Below, piece by piece: positions 1-8,416 of a stretch of DNA of 40,545 bases. How positions within the stretch are numbered: position 1 is the first letter of the stretch; every line of letters begins with the position of its first letter. The stretch is from Nitrospinota bacterium (GTDB lineage Bacteria; UBA8248), in contig JAYGFR010000323.1 of NCBI GenBank assembly GCA_046581755.1, positions 1-40,545 on the forward strand, given 5' to 3'. The notes beneath the pieces were generated by a model. The model made no database searches. It was not told the origin of the DNA and was given only the letters and a program-made list of their open reading frames with translations. A program made the position numbers and the translations under genes.

Positions 1-1146
1 AGGGGAAAAACAACATTCTGAAACCAAGGAGGACCCCAGGAGACGGGCGGGCCATCCAGAAACCCATCCCGAGGTTCTCGAGCAGCTGGCGCACGATGAA
101 GAGAAGGAGGTGCGCCTCGAGGTTGCACTAAATCTGAAAACCCCGGTCTCCGTCCTCGAAAATTGGCAAAGGATAAAAACGAGGAGGTCCGTTGGGAGGT
201 GGCTGGAAACCCCAACACCCCTTTCTCCATTTTAGAGATATTGGCACGGGATGAAGACCGTTTTGTGCGCCAATCGCTTGCATGGAACTCCAATGTCCCC
301 GCTTCTGATTTGGAAAAAATGGCCCAAGATGGAAATAAAGATGTGCGCTCGGTTGCCGCCGGAAATTCCAACACTCCGCCCTCAACGCTGCATAAGCTAG
401 CCGAGGATGAGGACGCAGATGTCCGCCAAGCAGTTGCCAGTAACCCAAATATCCCAGCCGAAACTCTGGAGAAACTGGCACAAGACAATGAAGGGCATGT
501 GCACTATGGGGTTGTCGAAAATTTTAACGTTTCAGTCTCTCTATTGGAGCTGTTAGCAGAAAGTGAGAATGTGGATGCTCTGCAAGCAGTTGCCGGAATC
601 TCCAGCACTCCAAAAATGGCACTGGAAAAACTGGCTCAGGATAGCGAAGCGTATGTGCGTATATCAGTTGGCGGAAATCTCAAAACACCAGCATCTGTGT
701 TGGAAAAGCTTGCGCAAGATAGCGAACTGAGGGTCCTATTTAGCGTCGCGGAAAATCCCAGCACCCCAGAATCTGTACTGGAAAAGCTAGTGCAGAATAA
801 ACGCATGCTTTTTCATCTTAATATTGCAAAAAACATCAACGCTCCTGGTTCAGTATTAGAGCAGCTGGCAGAAGGTAGCGATGCGGATGTCCGCCAAGAA
901 GTCATCAAGAACCCGAACACGCCTGAGTCGGTGCGGAAACGTCTGGAGCGAGAGCTGGCCTCCCCTAGAGAATCGCCCCATGAGGACGACCCAGCGAATC
1001 AGGGTTACTCGGGAAAATACCCTCTCGTATCAGAGGAACATCTTCGACTCGTGCGAGAGACCTCTCAGAGCGCCGTCGTGATCTTTCCTCGCTCTCCGCA
1101 TCGCCAAGCATCGCTGGGGGCTCAGAAACGCCGCCGCCCGAGGTAG
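1..1146 (+). CDS. LRV/HEAT-like tandem repeat protein, 5'-partial, with an apparent -1 frameshift at A4 159-162
   Basis: About 11 copies of a 26-aa repeat VRxxVAxNPNTPxxxLEKLAxD. Frame 2 from base 2 carries one more repeat (EVLEQLAHDEEKEVRLEVALNLKTPVSVLE) that continues as LAKD in frame 1 at 163. The region is AT-richer than its flanks. Confidence 0.8.
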
Positions 1147-1153
1147 GCCCTAA

Positions 1154-1438
1154 ATGCCCCCCGCCAAGATCGAGGTGGGCTTTAACCGCATCGCCCGCAC
1201 CCACGGCCTCGATGACCTTGCCCGGCTTCTTTTCCCCGGCAACCGGGCCCACCAAAAGGTTTTTATTCTCCTATTTACCGAGCTCAAGCACGCAGAGGAC
1301 CGATTTCTCAGCAGCTTCTCAGACCTCCCTTCCCAGTACGGCATCTCCTCCCGCCAGCTCGAAACCGTCCGCGCCAAATGCCGCCGCCTGGGCCTCATCG
1401 ACCATGTCTGCCGGTTCAATTCGTTTTCAAAAACATAA
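1154..1438 (+). CDS. Hypothetical protein, possibly winged-helix-like and possibly C-terminally truncated
   Basis: ATG at 1154 and normal GC3 codon bias. The segment YGISSRQLETVRAKCRRLGLI looks HTH-like. The stop TAA overlaps the next ATG (TAATG 1436-1440). Confidence 0.55.
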   Translation: MPPAKIEVGFNRIARTHGLDDLARLLFPGNRAHQKVFILLFTELKHAEDRFLSSFSDLPSQYGISSRQLETVRAKCRRLGLIDHVCRFNSFSKT

Positions 1439-3240
1439 TGTTGTTTCTCCTGATTCTGCTCGCCGTCGTCCTGCCGCTTTCGCTGAGCTACTACCAGGAC
1501 AGTCGCGACTACGAAATCCAAGTCCTCGCCTCGAAGCTCGAGTTTTTCGCCGAAAGGGGCACCTCTTATCTGGGCGTGGAGGGAATCCACGCCCTGCGCA
1601 CGCCTGCGGACATGCGTACCCCCGACTACAAAGACCTCTGGAAAACGCTCAACAGGATCAAAAAAGAATTCATTGTGGATAACGCCATCATTATGCGCCG
1701 CCAGCCGAGCGGCAAATATGTATTCGTCGCCGCTGGCCACGGCGGATTCAAAATCGGCCAGTCCGTGCATATCCACAAAATTTTTCCCGGCACTTTCAAA
1801 GGCACGAACGACACCTGGAATTCGGGCCGGATTATGCACAGCCAGCTTTTTGGTAAAGAACAGGGATTTGACCAGTTCCTCCAGATCAACGCCCCGCGCA
1901 AGCTGAACGGAAAAGTCGTGGCGATCCTGATGTTGAACAAGTTCGCCAATCCGGTGGACAAAGCAGTAATGGAGAAGACGACCTGGCTGATCAGTCTGAC
2001 CGCCGCTATACTCATCGCCGGGTTTGCGCTCTTCGGGTTCCTTTCGGCCCGGATGCTCCGCCTCCTGGGGGTTCTGACACGCGCCGCCGACGAGGTCAGC
2101 GAGGGCAATCTCGATGTCGCCATTCCAGAACCCAAAAGCCGGGATGAAGTGGGCCGCCTGGCGGCCAGTTTCCGCCACATGATCGAGGGACTCAAGCAGC
2201 GCGACTTTATCCGTGACACCTTCGGCCGCTACGTCAGTCAGGAAGTCGTGGACGAGTTGCTGACCTCTCCCGACAGCCTCCGCCTGGGCGGGGAACTCCG
2301 CGAAATCACCCTGCTGGTTTCCGACCTTCGAGGCTTCACGGCCATGTCCTCGCGCTTGGAGCCGCAAGACGTCATCGAGATCATCAACGGCTACCTGGAA
2401 CACATGATCGACACCATCACCCGGTTCGGCGGGACCGTGGATGAATTTCAGGGGGACGGCATCCTCGCTTTTTTCGGTGCGCCCATCGAGGCTGAGGACG
2501 GCCCCGACCGGGCCGTTGCCTGCGCAATCGAGATGCAAAACGCCATGGAGGCGGTCAACGCCGGGCAGCACCGGAGGAACTTGCCCGATTTGAAGATGGG
2601 AATCGGAATCAACACCGGTGAGGTCATCATCGAAAATATCGGCTCCGAGAAAAGAAAAAAATACAGCGCCATCGGAACTACCATCAATACGGCCTACCGC
2701 ATCGAATCCTATACGGTGGGGGCGCAAATTCTCATCAGCCCCACCACGCACGAACAAATTAAAGACATCGTAGACACGCAGGGCACCATCGACGTCCAGT
2801 TCAAGGGGCTGGACAGGCCGGTGACGGTCCTCGACGTAGCGGGCATCCGGGGGAAGTTCGCCTGCCGGATTCCGGAAAAAGCCCCCGAAGTATTTGTCAC
2901 CCTCTCCTCGCCCCTTCCCGTCCATTTTTACGCGCTTGAGGAAAAAACCGTCTCGGAAAACGCCATCGCCGGGAAGATCCTGCAGCTGTCCGAAACCTCG
3001 GCCGATGCAATCCTTGAGAAGAAGGTGGAAATTCTCTCCACGCTCAAAATGAAATTCGGCGGCCCCGGGGCCGAGGGGTTGTCGGAGGCCTATGCCAAGG
3101 TCATGAAAGTGGGCCCTGCTAACGGGGATGAAAAGTTCTCCCAGATGAACCTTGCTTTCACCTCCCTTCCCGAGGACTGCAAATCTTTCCTCGCGAACCA
3201 ACGCGCGGCCGCGGCCCAGGAAAATCCCTCCGCTATATAA
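1438..3240 (+). CDS. Membrane class III nucleotide cyclase (TM - periplasmic sensor - TM - HAMP - cyclase - C-terminal PilZ-like domain), Cya2-like
   Basis: Two TM helices, HAMP (SRDEVGRLAASF), FGRYVS linker, SDLRGFT, DEFQGDG, GIGINTG and NTAYRIES. Start taken at ATG 1438. Confidence 0.9.
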   Translation: MLFLLILLAVVLPLSLSYYQDSRDYEIQVLASKLEFFAERGTSYLGVEGIHALRTPADMRTPDYKDLWKTLNRIKKEFIVDNAIIMRRQPSGKYVFVAAGHGGFKIGQSVHIHKIFPGTFKGTNDTWNSGRIMHSQLFGKEQGFDQFLQINAPRKLNGKVVAILMLNKFANPVDKAVMEKTTWLISLTAAILIAGFALFGFLSARMLRLLGVLTRAADEVSEGNLDVAIPEPKSRDEVGRLAASFRHMIEGLKQRDFIRDTFGRYVSQEVVDELLTSPDSLRLGGELREITLLVSDLRGFTAMSSRLEPQDVIEIINGYLEHMIDTITRFGGTVDEFQGDGILAFFGAPIEAEDGPDRAVACAIEMQNAMEAVNAGQHRRNLPDLKMGIGINTGEVIIENIGSEKRKKYSAIGTTINTAYRIESYTVGAQILISPTTHEQIKDIVDTQGTIDVQFKGLDRPVTVLDVAGIRGKFACRIPEKAPEVFVTLSSPLPVHFYALEEKTVSENAIAGKILQLSETSADAILEKKVEILSTLKMKFGGPGAEGLSEAYAKVMKVGPANGDEKFSQMNLAFTSLPEDCKSFLANQRAAAAQENPSAI

Positions 3241-3490
3241 GCCTTTCCGCCTCTATGCATGCTGGAACCATTTGGTTCCCTCACGAACATTCCGCGCGCC
3301 TCCGGGTCCTCCATCCCGCGCCGGTTCCAGCGGCCTTTAGAAACATGACCCGGGAAACTCCCTCAAACCCCCGATCTTCCCTCCCCCGGACGCAGCTTGA
3401 CCCCGTACCGGCATACGGCTTGTAAAATCTCATCCGATCCTGGACCCTGAGGCCCCAATTCCACTTTCGCCGTAAAGTTTCGGAGAATTC

Positions 3491-4099
3491 ATGATGTATC
3501 TATCGAAAAACACCGCTATCTACACCGCCGCACTGACGATGACCTTGCTCGCCCCCTCTTCTGCTCTGTCCCAGGGCATGAAGGAAATGCAGGGCATGAA
3601 GAGAATGACTCCTATGAGCAAGGGGACGATGTCCATGAGCGGAATGGCGGTCAAGAATGCGCCGGTCGTTCCTCCCGTCACGGGCTACAGCGAAGGAAAA
3701 ACCATCCTGTTTATTCACACCGAGACCTCGGACCCGAAAATCGCAAAGATTTTAACCAACATGATGGGCGGCTCCCCCGTTCTGGTCGTGCCGGCGCTGG
3801 CCAAACTGCCAAAGGATGCGCTCGCCCGGGTCTATGTCTTCACAAACGGCCTGAAAATGGGCGGGCCCATGGGGCCCCTCGGGTACCAGGCCGACGTATT
3901 CGAAAACCCGCCGGGAACCCCCGGCTACTCTCCCTTGAGACATATCAGCCTCGTCACCTGGAAGAACCCCTCCGCCGCCCGGCGGCTCAAGTCGGCGGCC
4001 GGGGTTCAGAGGGCGCTCAAAAGCGGCGAGGTGACGATTAAGGAGCCCGGCATCGTCGTGAACATGCCGTTTTTGAGCTGGCCCGGCAGAAAACGCTAG
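3491..4099 (+). CDS. Exported protein with a Met-rich N-terminus
   Basis: RBS GGAG, signal peptide ending SALS/Q, MQGMK repeats, then a globular domain (VYVFTNG, GYSPLR, VNMP). Confidence 0.75.
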   Translation: MMYLSKNTAIYTAALTMTLLAPSSALSQGMKEMQGMKRMTPMSKGTMSMSGMAVKNAPVVPPVTGYSEGKTILFIHTETSDPKIAKILTNMMGGSPVLVVPALAKLPKDALARVYVFTNGLKMGGPMGPLGYQADVFENPPGTPGYSPLRHISLVTWKNPSAARRLKSAAGVQRALKSGEVTIKEPGIVVNMPFLSWPGRKR

Positions 4100-4364
4100 C
4101 CGGGGAATCAAAAACCCGCTTCCGACCGTGAGCCAAAGGAGAATCCGGCGGCCTCCAGCGCCTGCGCACCCCCATTTTTCCGGTAAAATCCGGCCCGTTT
4201 GCCCCCCGCCGGCGGCCGGCCCGCTGCGAGCGCATGAAACATACGTCCGTTCGATAAAATGGAAGCTTCCGGAAATGCGCGGTGGTTCGGGGTTTCTCTC
4301 CTGTTGCGCCCGGGGCCTCCCGGTGACATTCTTCCCCTAACCGAGATATTCAGGAGATCGCGGC

Positions 4365-4685
4365 ATGGACGACCATCACGGCTATCACGACATCGGCGGC
4401 GAACCGGGCGGAGGCTCCATCGACCGGTCCGAGCACGACTACGCCCTGTGGGAAAAGCGGGTGGACGCCCTGCTCATGCTCCTCTCCGCCAGAGAGCCCA
4501 AGCTCGTCCGGGTAGACGAGCTCCGCCGGGGCATCGAGTCGATCGGCCCGAAGGCCTACGAGATGAGCTACTACGAGCGCTGGATCACATCGATCTCGAA
4601 CGCCCTCCTCGAGCGGGGGGCTATCACCTCCGAAGAGTTGGGCCGGAAGATGGCCGAGATCGAAGCGCGCCAGGAAACGGGTTGA
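4365..4685 (+). CDS. Nitrile hydratase beta N-terminal half / thiocyanate hydrolase beta (ScnB)-like subunit
   Basis: HDIGG, WEKR, DELRRGIE and SYYERW motifs; RBS AGGAG. Confidence 0.85.
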   Translation: MDDHHGYHDIGGEPGGGSIDRSEHDYALWEKRVDALLMLLSAREPKLVRVDELRRGIESIGPKAYEMSYYERWITSISNALLERGAITSEELGRKMAEIEARQETG

Positions 4686-4707
4686 GCATGCGGGGAGAAA
4701 TCTGAGC

Positions 4708-5007
4708 ATGGCGGCCAAATTCAAACCGGGCGACCCGGTGGCGGTGCGGCGGGCCCCCTCGATCGGCCACCTCCGCACCCCCCACTACGTCAAGGGCAGG
4801 ACCGGCGTCGTCGAGCGGGTCTGCGGCGATTTCGCCAATCCCGAGGAGCTTGCCTACGCGCGGGACGGCCTGCCCCTCCGGGCGCTCTACCGGGTGCGCT
4901 TCAACCAGCACCATTTATGGCCCGAATACACCGGCCCCGATGGCGACACCGTTGACGTGGAAATTTTCGAACACTGGCTCGAACCGGCCGAGGACGTGCC
5001 GAATTAG
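4708..5007 (+). CDS. Nitrile hydratase beta C-terminal SH3-like half / thiocyanate hydrolase alpha (ScnA)-like subunit
   Basis: FKPGDPV, GHLRTPHYVKG, LYRVRF...LW and DVEIFEHWLE motifs. Confidence 0.88.
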   Translation: MAAKFKPGDPVAVRRAPSIGHLRTPHYVKGRTGVVERVCGDFANPEELAYARDGLPLRALYRVRFNQHHLWPEYTGPDGDTVDVEIFEHWLEPAEDVPN

Positions 5008-5060
5008 CGGACGTGCCGAATAAGTGCCCATTTTGTGCCGATTTGGTGGAGACATAGATC

Positions 5061-5699
5061 ATGAGCGATTCCCATAACGGCCACGACCACGCTCCCCCGC
5101 CCGGCCATGACGGTCCGCTGACCCACTACCAGATCAGGGAAATCGCCGTGCGCGAGCTGCTCATCGAAAAGGGCGTCTTTACCGCGGACGACGTGCGCCG
5201 CGAGGTGGAGAAGATGGACCAGCGAACCCCCGCCAAGGGGGCCGTCGTCGTCGCGCGCGCCTGGACCGACCCTGCCTACAAAGAGCGCCTCTTCGCCAAC
5301 GGCACTGCCGCCTGCGAGGAAATGGGGATCGCCATGGGCCGGACCTACTTCCTCATTGCCGTCGAGAACACCGAAACCGTCCACAACGTCATCGTCTGCA
5401 CGCTTTGCTCCTGCTATCCCCGGAACCTCATCGGTCTGCCGCCGGACTGGTACAAATCGCGCGCCTACCGGAGCCGCGCCGTGCGCGAACCCCGGGCCGT
5501 CCTGGCCGAATTCGGACTCGAGCTACCCGAGAGCGTGACGATCCGCGTCCACGACTCCACCGCCGACATGCGCTACATGGTTCTCCCCCGGCGGCCCGAG
5601 GGCGCCGAGAACCTGGGCGAGGAAGAGCTCGCCGCCCTCGTCACGCGCGATTGCATGATCGGCGTGGCCGTCCCCCGCGCCGAAGCCGTGGCTTCGTAA
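5061..5699 (+). CDS. Co-type nitrile hydratase alpha / thiocyanate hydrolase gamma (ScnC)-like catalytic subunit
   Basis: Metal motif VCTLCSCY (the Thr/Tyr variant indicates cobalt), VARAWTDP, PDWYKS..YRSR, HDSTAD.RY. Confidence 0.95.
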   Translation: MSDSHNGHDHAPPPGHDGPLTHYQIREIAVRELLIEKGVFTADDVRREVEKMDQRTPAKGAVVVARAWTDPAYKERLFANGTAACEEMGIAMGRTYFLIAVENTETVHNVIVCTLCSCYPRNLIGLPPDWYKSRAYRSRAVREPRAVLAEFGLELPESVTIRVHDSTADMRYMVLPRRPEGAENLGEEELAALVTRDCMIGVAVPRAEAVAS

Positions 5700-7108
5700 T
5701 GGACCCGGCCGAAAAACTCATCGGCTGGTACGCCGGCCTCCGCTTCGAGGATCTGTCCGGCGAGGCGGTCCGCGCCGCGTGCACCTTCGTCATCGACAAC
5801 ATCGGCTGCGCCCTGGCGGGCTCGTCCGCGCCCGTGAACGCCGAACTCATCGAGCTCCACCTTCGCTGGGGCGGCGCGCCCGAGGCCACCGTTCTCGTGC
5901 ACGGGCACCGACTCCCCGCCCCCGCGGCGGCCCTGCTGAACGCCGCCATGATCCACTCCTACGATTACGACGACACCCACGACCCCACCTCGATTCACGT
6001 TTTCGTCACCGTCCTCCCGGCGATTCTCGCCGCCGCCGAAAGTACCGGGGGCCCCATCTCCGGGAAAGACTTCATCGCGGCCCTCGCCGGGGCGGCCGAG
6101 ATTACGATTCGCCTGGGCTATTCCGTCCGCGACCACATTCATTCGGGCTGGCTGCCCACCTCGATTTTCGGCACCATCGGCGCGGCTGCGGGCGCGGCGA
6201 AAATCATGGGGCAGGCTCCGGAAGTCATCGCGGACGCCGCCGGCCTCGGCTACGCCCAGACCCACGGAAACCGCCAGGCCGTTCTCGACGCCACCCTGGC
6301 CAAGCGCCTTCAGCCCGCCTTCAGCGCCCAGGCCGGGGTCCAGGCGGCGGCCTTCGCCCAGATCGGCGCAACCGGACCCCGCCGCATCGCCGAGGGCGCG
6401 GACGGTATTTTCGAGCTTTTCGGAGGCGGCAAGGGCGACCCGGCCGCCCTAACCGGCGGCCTGGGCGAGCGGTGGGAGATGAGCCAAACCTCCGTCAAAC
6501 CCTACCCCTGCTGCCGCTCGAACCACGGGGTCATCAGCGCCGCCGAGGAAGTGAAAGCGAAGCTCGGAGAATTTTCTCAAGAGGACATCGAATCCGCCGA
6601 CGTCTGGGTGACACGCTACTCCTACTCGATGGTGGGAGAGCCCTTCGAGATTCGCCAGAACCCCCAGGTGGACGCCCAGTTCAGCGCCCAGTGGACCTGC
6701 GCCCACACCCTCCTTCACGGCCCGCCGGGGATTCGCGCCTTCGAGCCGCAAAAAGTCCGCTCGGGCGAGGAAATCAAAGCCCTCGCCGGGCGCATCGGCG
6801 TCCATATCTGGGAGGGAGGCGATCATGTTCCGGACGGAAACGCGCCCTTCCGCCTCTCGCGCGTCGCCGTCCGCCTCAAGGACGGGCGAAGTGCCGACAT
6901 CACCCACGAAAAAGTGAAGGGCTCGCCCGCCTGGCCGCTGACCGATACCGAGCGCCGCGCCAAATTCATGGAGTGCGCCTCGAACGCCGTCCACTCGCTC
7001 GACGCCGCCTGCCTCGAGGAAGCCCTCGCCTCCCTCGAATCCATCGACACCCAGCCCAACATCAGGCCCATCCTCGGCATGCTTATTGCGCAGGCAGCGA
7101 TGGTGTAA
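5699..7108 (+). CDS. MmgE/PrpD family protein
   Basis: H..DYDDTH, GW.PTS..G, KPYPCC and AQFS motifs. The ATG overlaps the upstream TAA (TAATG 5697-5701). Confidence 0.9.
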   Translation: MDPAEKLIGWYAGLRFEDLSGEAVRAACTFVIDNIGCALAGSSAPVNAELIELHLRWGGAPEATVLVHGHRLPAPAAALLNAAMIHSYDYDDTHDPTSIHVFVTVLPAILAAAESTGGPISGKDFIAALAGAAEITIRLGYSVRDHIHSGWLPTSIFGTIGAAAGAAKIMGQAPEVIADAAGLGYAQTHGNRQAVLDATLAKRLQPAFSAQAGVQAAAFAQIGATGPRRIAEGADGIFELFGGGKGDPAALTGGLGERWEMSQTSVKPYPCCRSNHGVISAAEEVKAKLGEFSQEDIESADVWVTRYSYSMVGEPFEIRQNPQVDAQFSAQWTCAHTLLHGPPGIRAFEPQKVRSGEEIKALAGRIGVHIWEGGDHVPDGNAPFRLSRVAVRLKDGRSADITHEKVKGSPAWPLTDTERRAKFMECASNAVHSLDAACLEEALASLESIDTQPNIRPILGMLIAQAAMV

Positions 7109-7223
7109 TAACTTTACACAAATAATTCGCCCCGCCCGGCGATGGAAACGGGGATTTCGATTTCCGTGGGGACAAAGTAGAATTGCTCGATTCAAACTGA
7201 GCCTCCATCCAACATTTCGGAAA

Positions 7224-7597
7224 ATGAGAACGACGATATAATACTCTGTCGATGATTCTCAAAAGATGATTTTTGTCAATTTAACCGACGCGGTGACGGG
7301 GAAGGATATCATCGCAATTCAGAAGGAAATTAATGATCCGAATTTCAAGGGGCGCTCCATAACCGTCTCTGGGATTTAAGGATGGTTGCAAGCCTCCAAA
7401 TCTCAAATGCTGAGGCAACCCGAATTGCACATATAGCAGACTTAAATGAGGCCTCTGGAAAGGTGGCTATCGTTGCTGCCTCAGACCTACACTTCGGATT
7501 AACGAGAATGGCAGAGAGTCAGGCCGTTGCGACGGATGCTAAAGTCTTTCGAGACATGGAGGAAACCAGAGAATGGATCGGCCTTCCTCAATTGTAA
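7224..7597 (+). pseudogene. SpoIIAA-like (STAS/SEC14-type) small protein with an interrupted reading frame
   Basis: ATG 7224, in-frame TAA 7239-7241 (alternative ATG 7266), then a -1 shift at G4 7349-7352 joining DPNFK to GALHNRLWDLR...KVAIVAASDLHFGLTRM...VFRDMEETREW. AT-rich. Confidence 0.55.
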
Positions 7598-7730
7598 CCC
7601 GGGGATGAATTTCAAATTAGGACACCATCGAATTTTTACGATGAAATCTTCAGTCAGGCAGCCAAATCACCGACCTTAAGGTCTCGCCGCGCTTCATGGC
7701 CTCGAAGGCGGCAAAGCGGGCCAAACAGAT

Positions 7731-8114
7731 TCAGCCGTTCGATCCGGTCAACTTCTCCCGGGCCGCTTCTTCGATGAGGCCCGAGCGGGTCGTCCCGGAG
7801 AGTTGGGCGGCGTTATCGATCTGGGCGATCAGCCATTCGGGCAACATGATGTTGATCCGCTTGCGCGACCTGCCGTGCGCCTGCACCACCATCGGGACGG
7901 CCCCATCCGAGAGATCGATTTCATCCAGAGTGGAAGGCCTGGGCAGGCTCTCTCCGTCCTTCAGCATTCCCTCGATATGGAAATTAAGCGCCTCCTCCGC
8001 CATGACCGCCGCCTCGTCCAGGTCCGAGCCCGCGGTAACGCAGCCGGGGAAATCCGGAAATTCGACCCCGTAATCCGAGCCGTCTCCTTTTCTGATCAGG
8101 GCGACAAATCTCAT
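7731..8114 (-). CDS. hicB: HicB family antitoxin with a C-terminal ribbon-helix-helix domain
   Basis: YGVEFPDFPGCVTAG..LDEA..MAEEAL and RINIMLP...ID...TRSGLI; RBS GGAGG. Confidence 0.93.
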   Translation of the reverse strand: MRFVALIRKGDGSDYGVEFPDFPGCVTAGSDLDEAAVMAEEALNFHIEGMLKDGESLPRPSTLDEIDLSDGAVPMVVQAHGRSRKRINIMLPEWLIAQIDNAAQLSGTTRSGLIEEAAREKLTGSNG

Positions 8115-8115
8115 C

Positions 8116-8310
8116 TCAATTCCTCCCAAACCGGATGCCGCATTGCCTTTCGATGCTTCTGAGCGTCCCGATCGGAATGTCCCGTCTGGGATGGGGGACC
8201 GTAATCCGGCCTGACCTTTCGGAGGGCTTGAATTGAACGTGTGACCCTTTTTGCGCCACCTCACGCCATCCCGCGTCCCTGAGCGCCCGTATGACATCCC
8301 GGCTATTCAC
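8116..8310 (-). CDS. hicA: HicA family mRNA interferase toxin
   Basis: NSRDVIRAL..GW...KGSHVQF...VPHP..DIPIGTL.SI.Q. Probable GTG start at 8310. Confidence 0.93.
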   Translation of the reverse strand: MNSRDVIRALRDAGWREVAQKGSHVQFKPSERSGRITVPHPRRDIPIGTLRSIERQCGIRFGRN

Positions 8311-8346
8311 GTGTGTAACTAAACACACGAACTAAGCCTCTGTCAA
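8310..8346 (-). promoter_or_regulatory. hicAB promoter and operator palindrome
   Basis: TTGACA (8346-8341), 17 nt, then TTTAGT. A perfect inverted repeat CGTGTGT-N6-ACACACG at 8310-8329 overlaps the -10 box and the start codon. Confidence 0.65.
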
Positions 8347-8416
8347 AAACCCTGTAAGTTAGTGGAAATCAATCAGATGTGCCATAGGAATGTTTATGTT
8401 CGCTGGAAACCTACCC

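Noticed and set aside
1150..3201. Long antisense or alternate-frame ORFs (e.g. 1150-3201, 5779-7125, 8390-9643, 14947-16095, 25426-27111, 26355-27734, 35759-36808)
   Set aside because: They shadow well-supported genes, as expected from stop-codon scarcity at high GC, and show no motifs.
4100..4364. Cobalt or cobalamin riboswitch upstream of the nitrile hydratase-like cluster
   Set aside because: I could not recognise a B12 box or NiCo consensus by eye. An Rfam scan would settle it.
4365..4685. Nitrile hydratase activator (P14K-like)
   Set aside because: It keeps HDxGG and the DExR Arg of true beta subunits and complements the adjacent beta C-terminal gene.
4992..5043. Possible CRISPR-like repeat
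   Set aside because: Repeats are 13 bp or shorter, there are no spacer-length intervals, and no cas genes are present.
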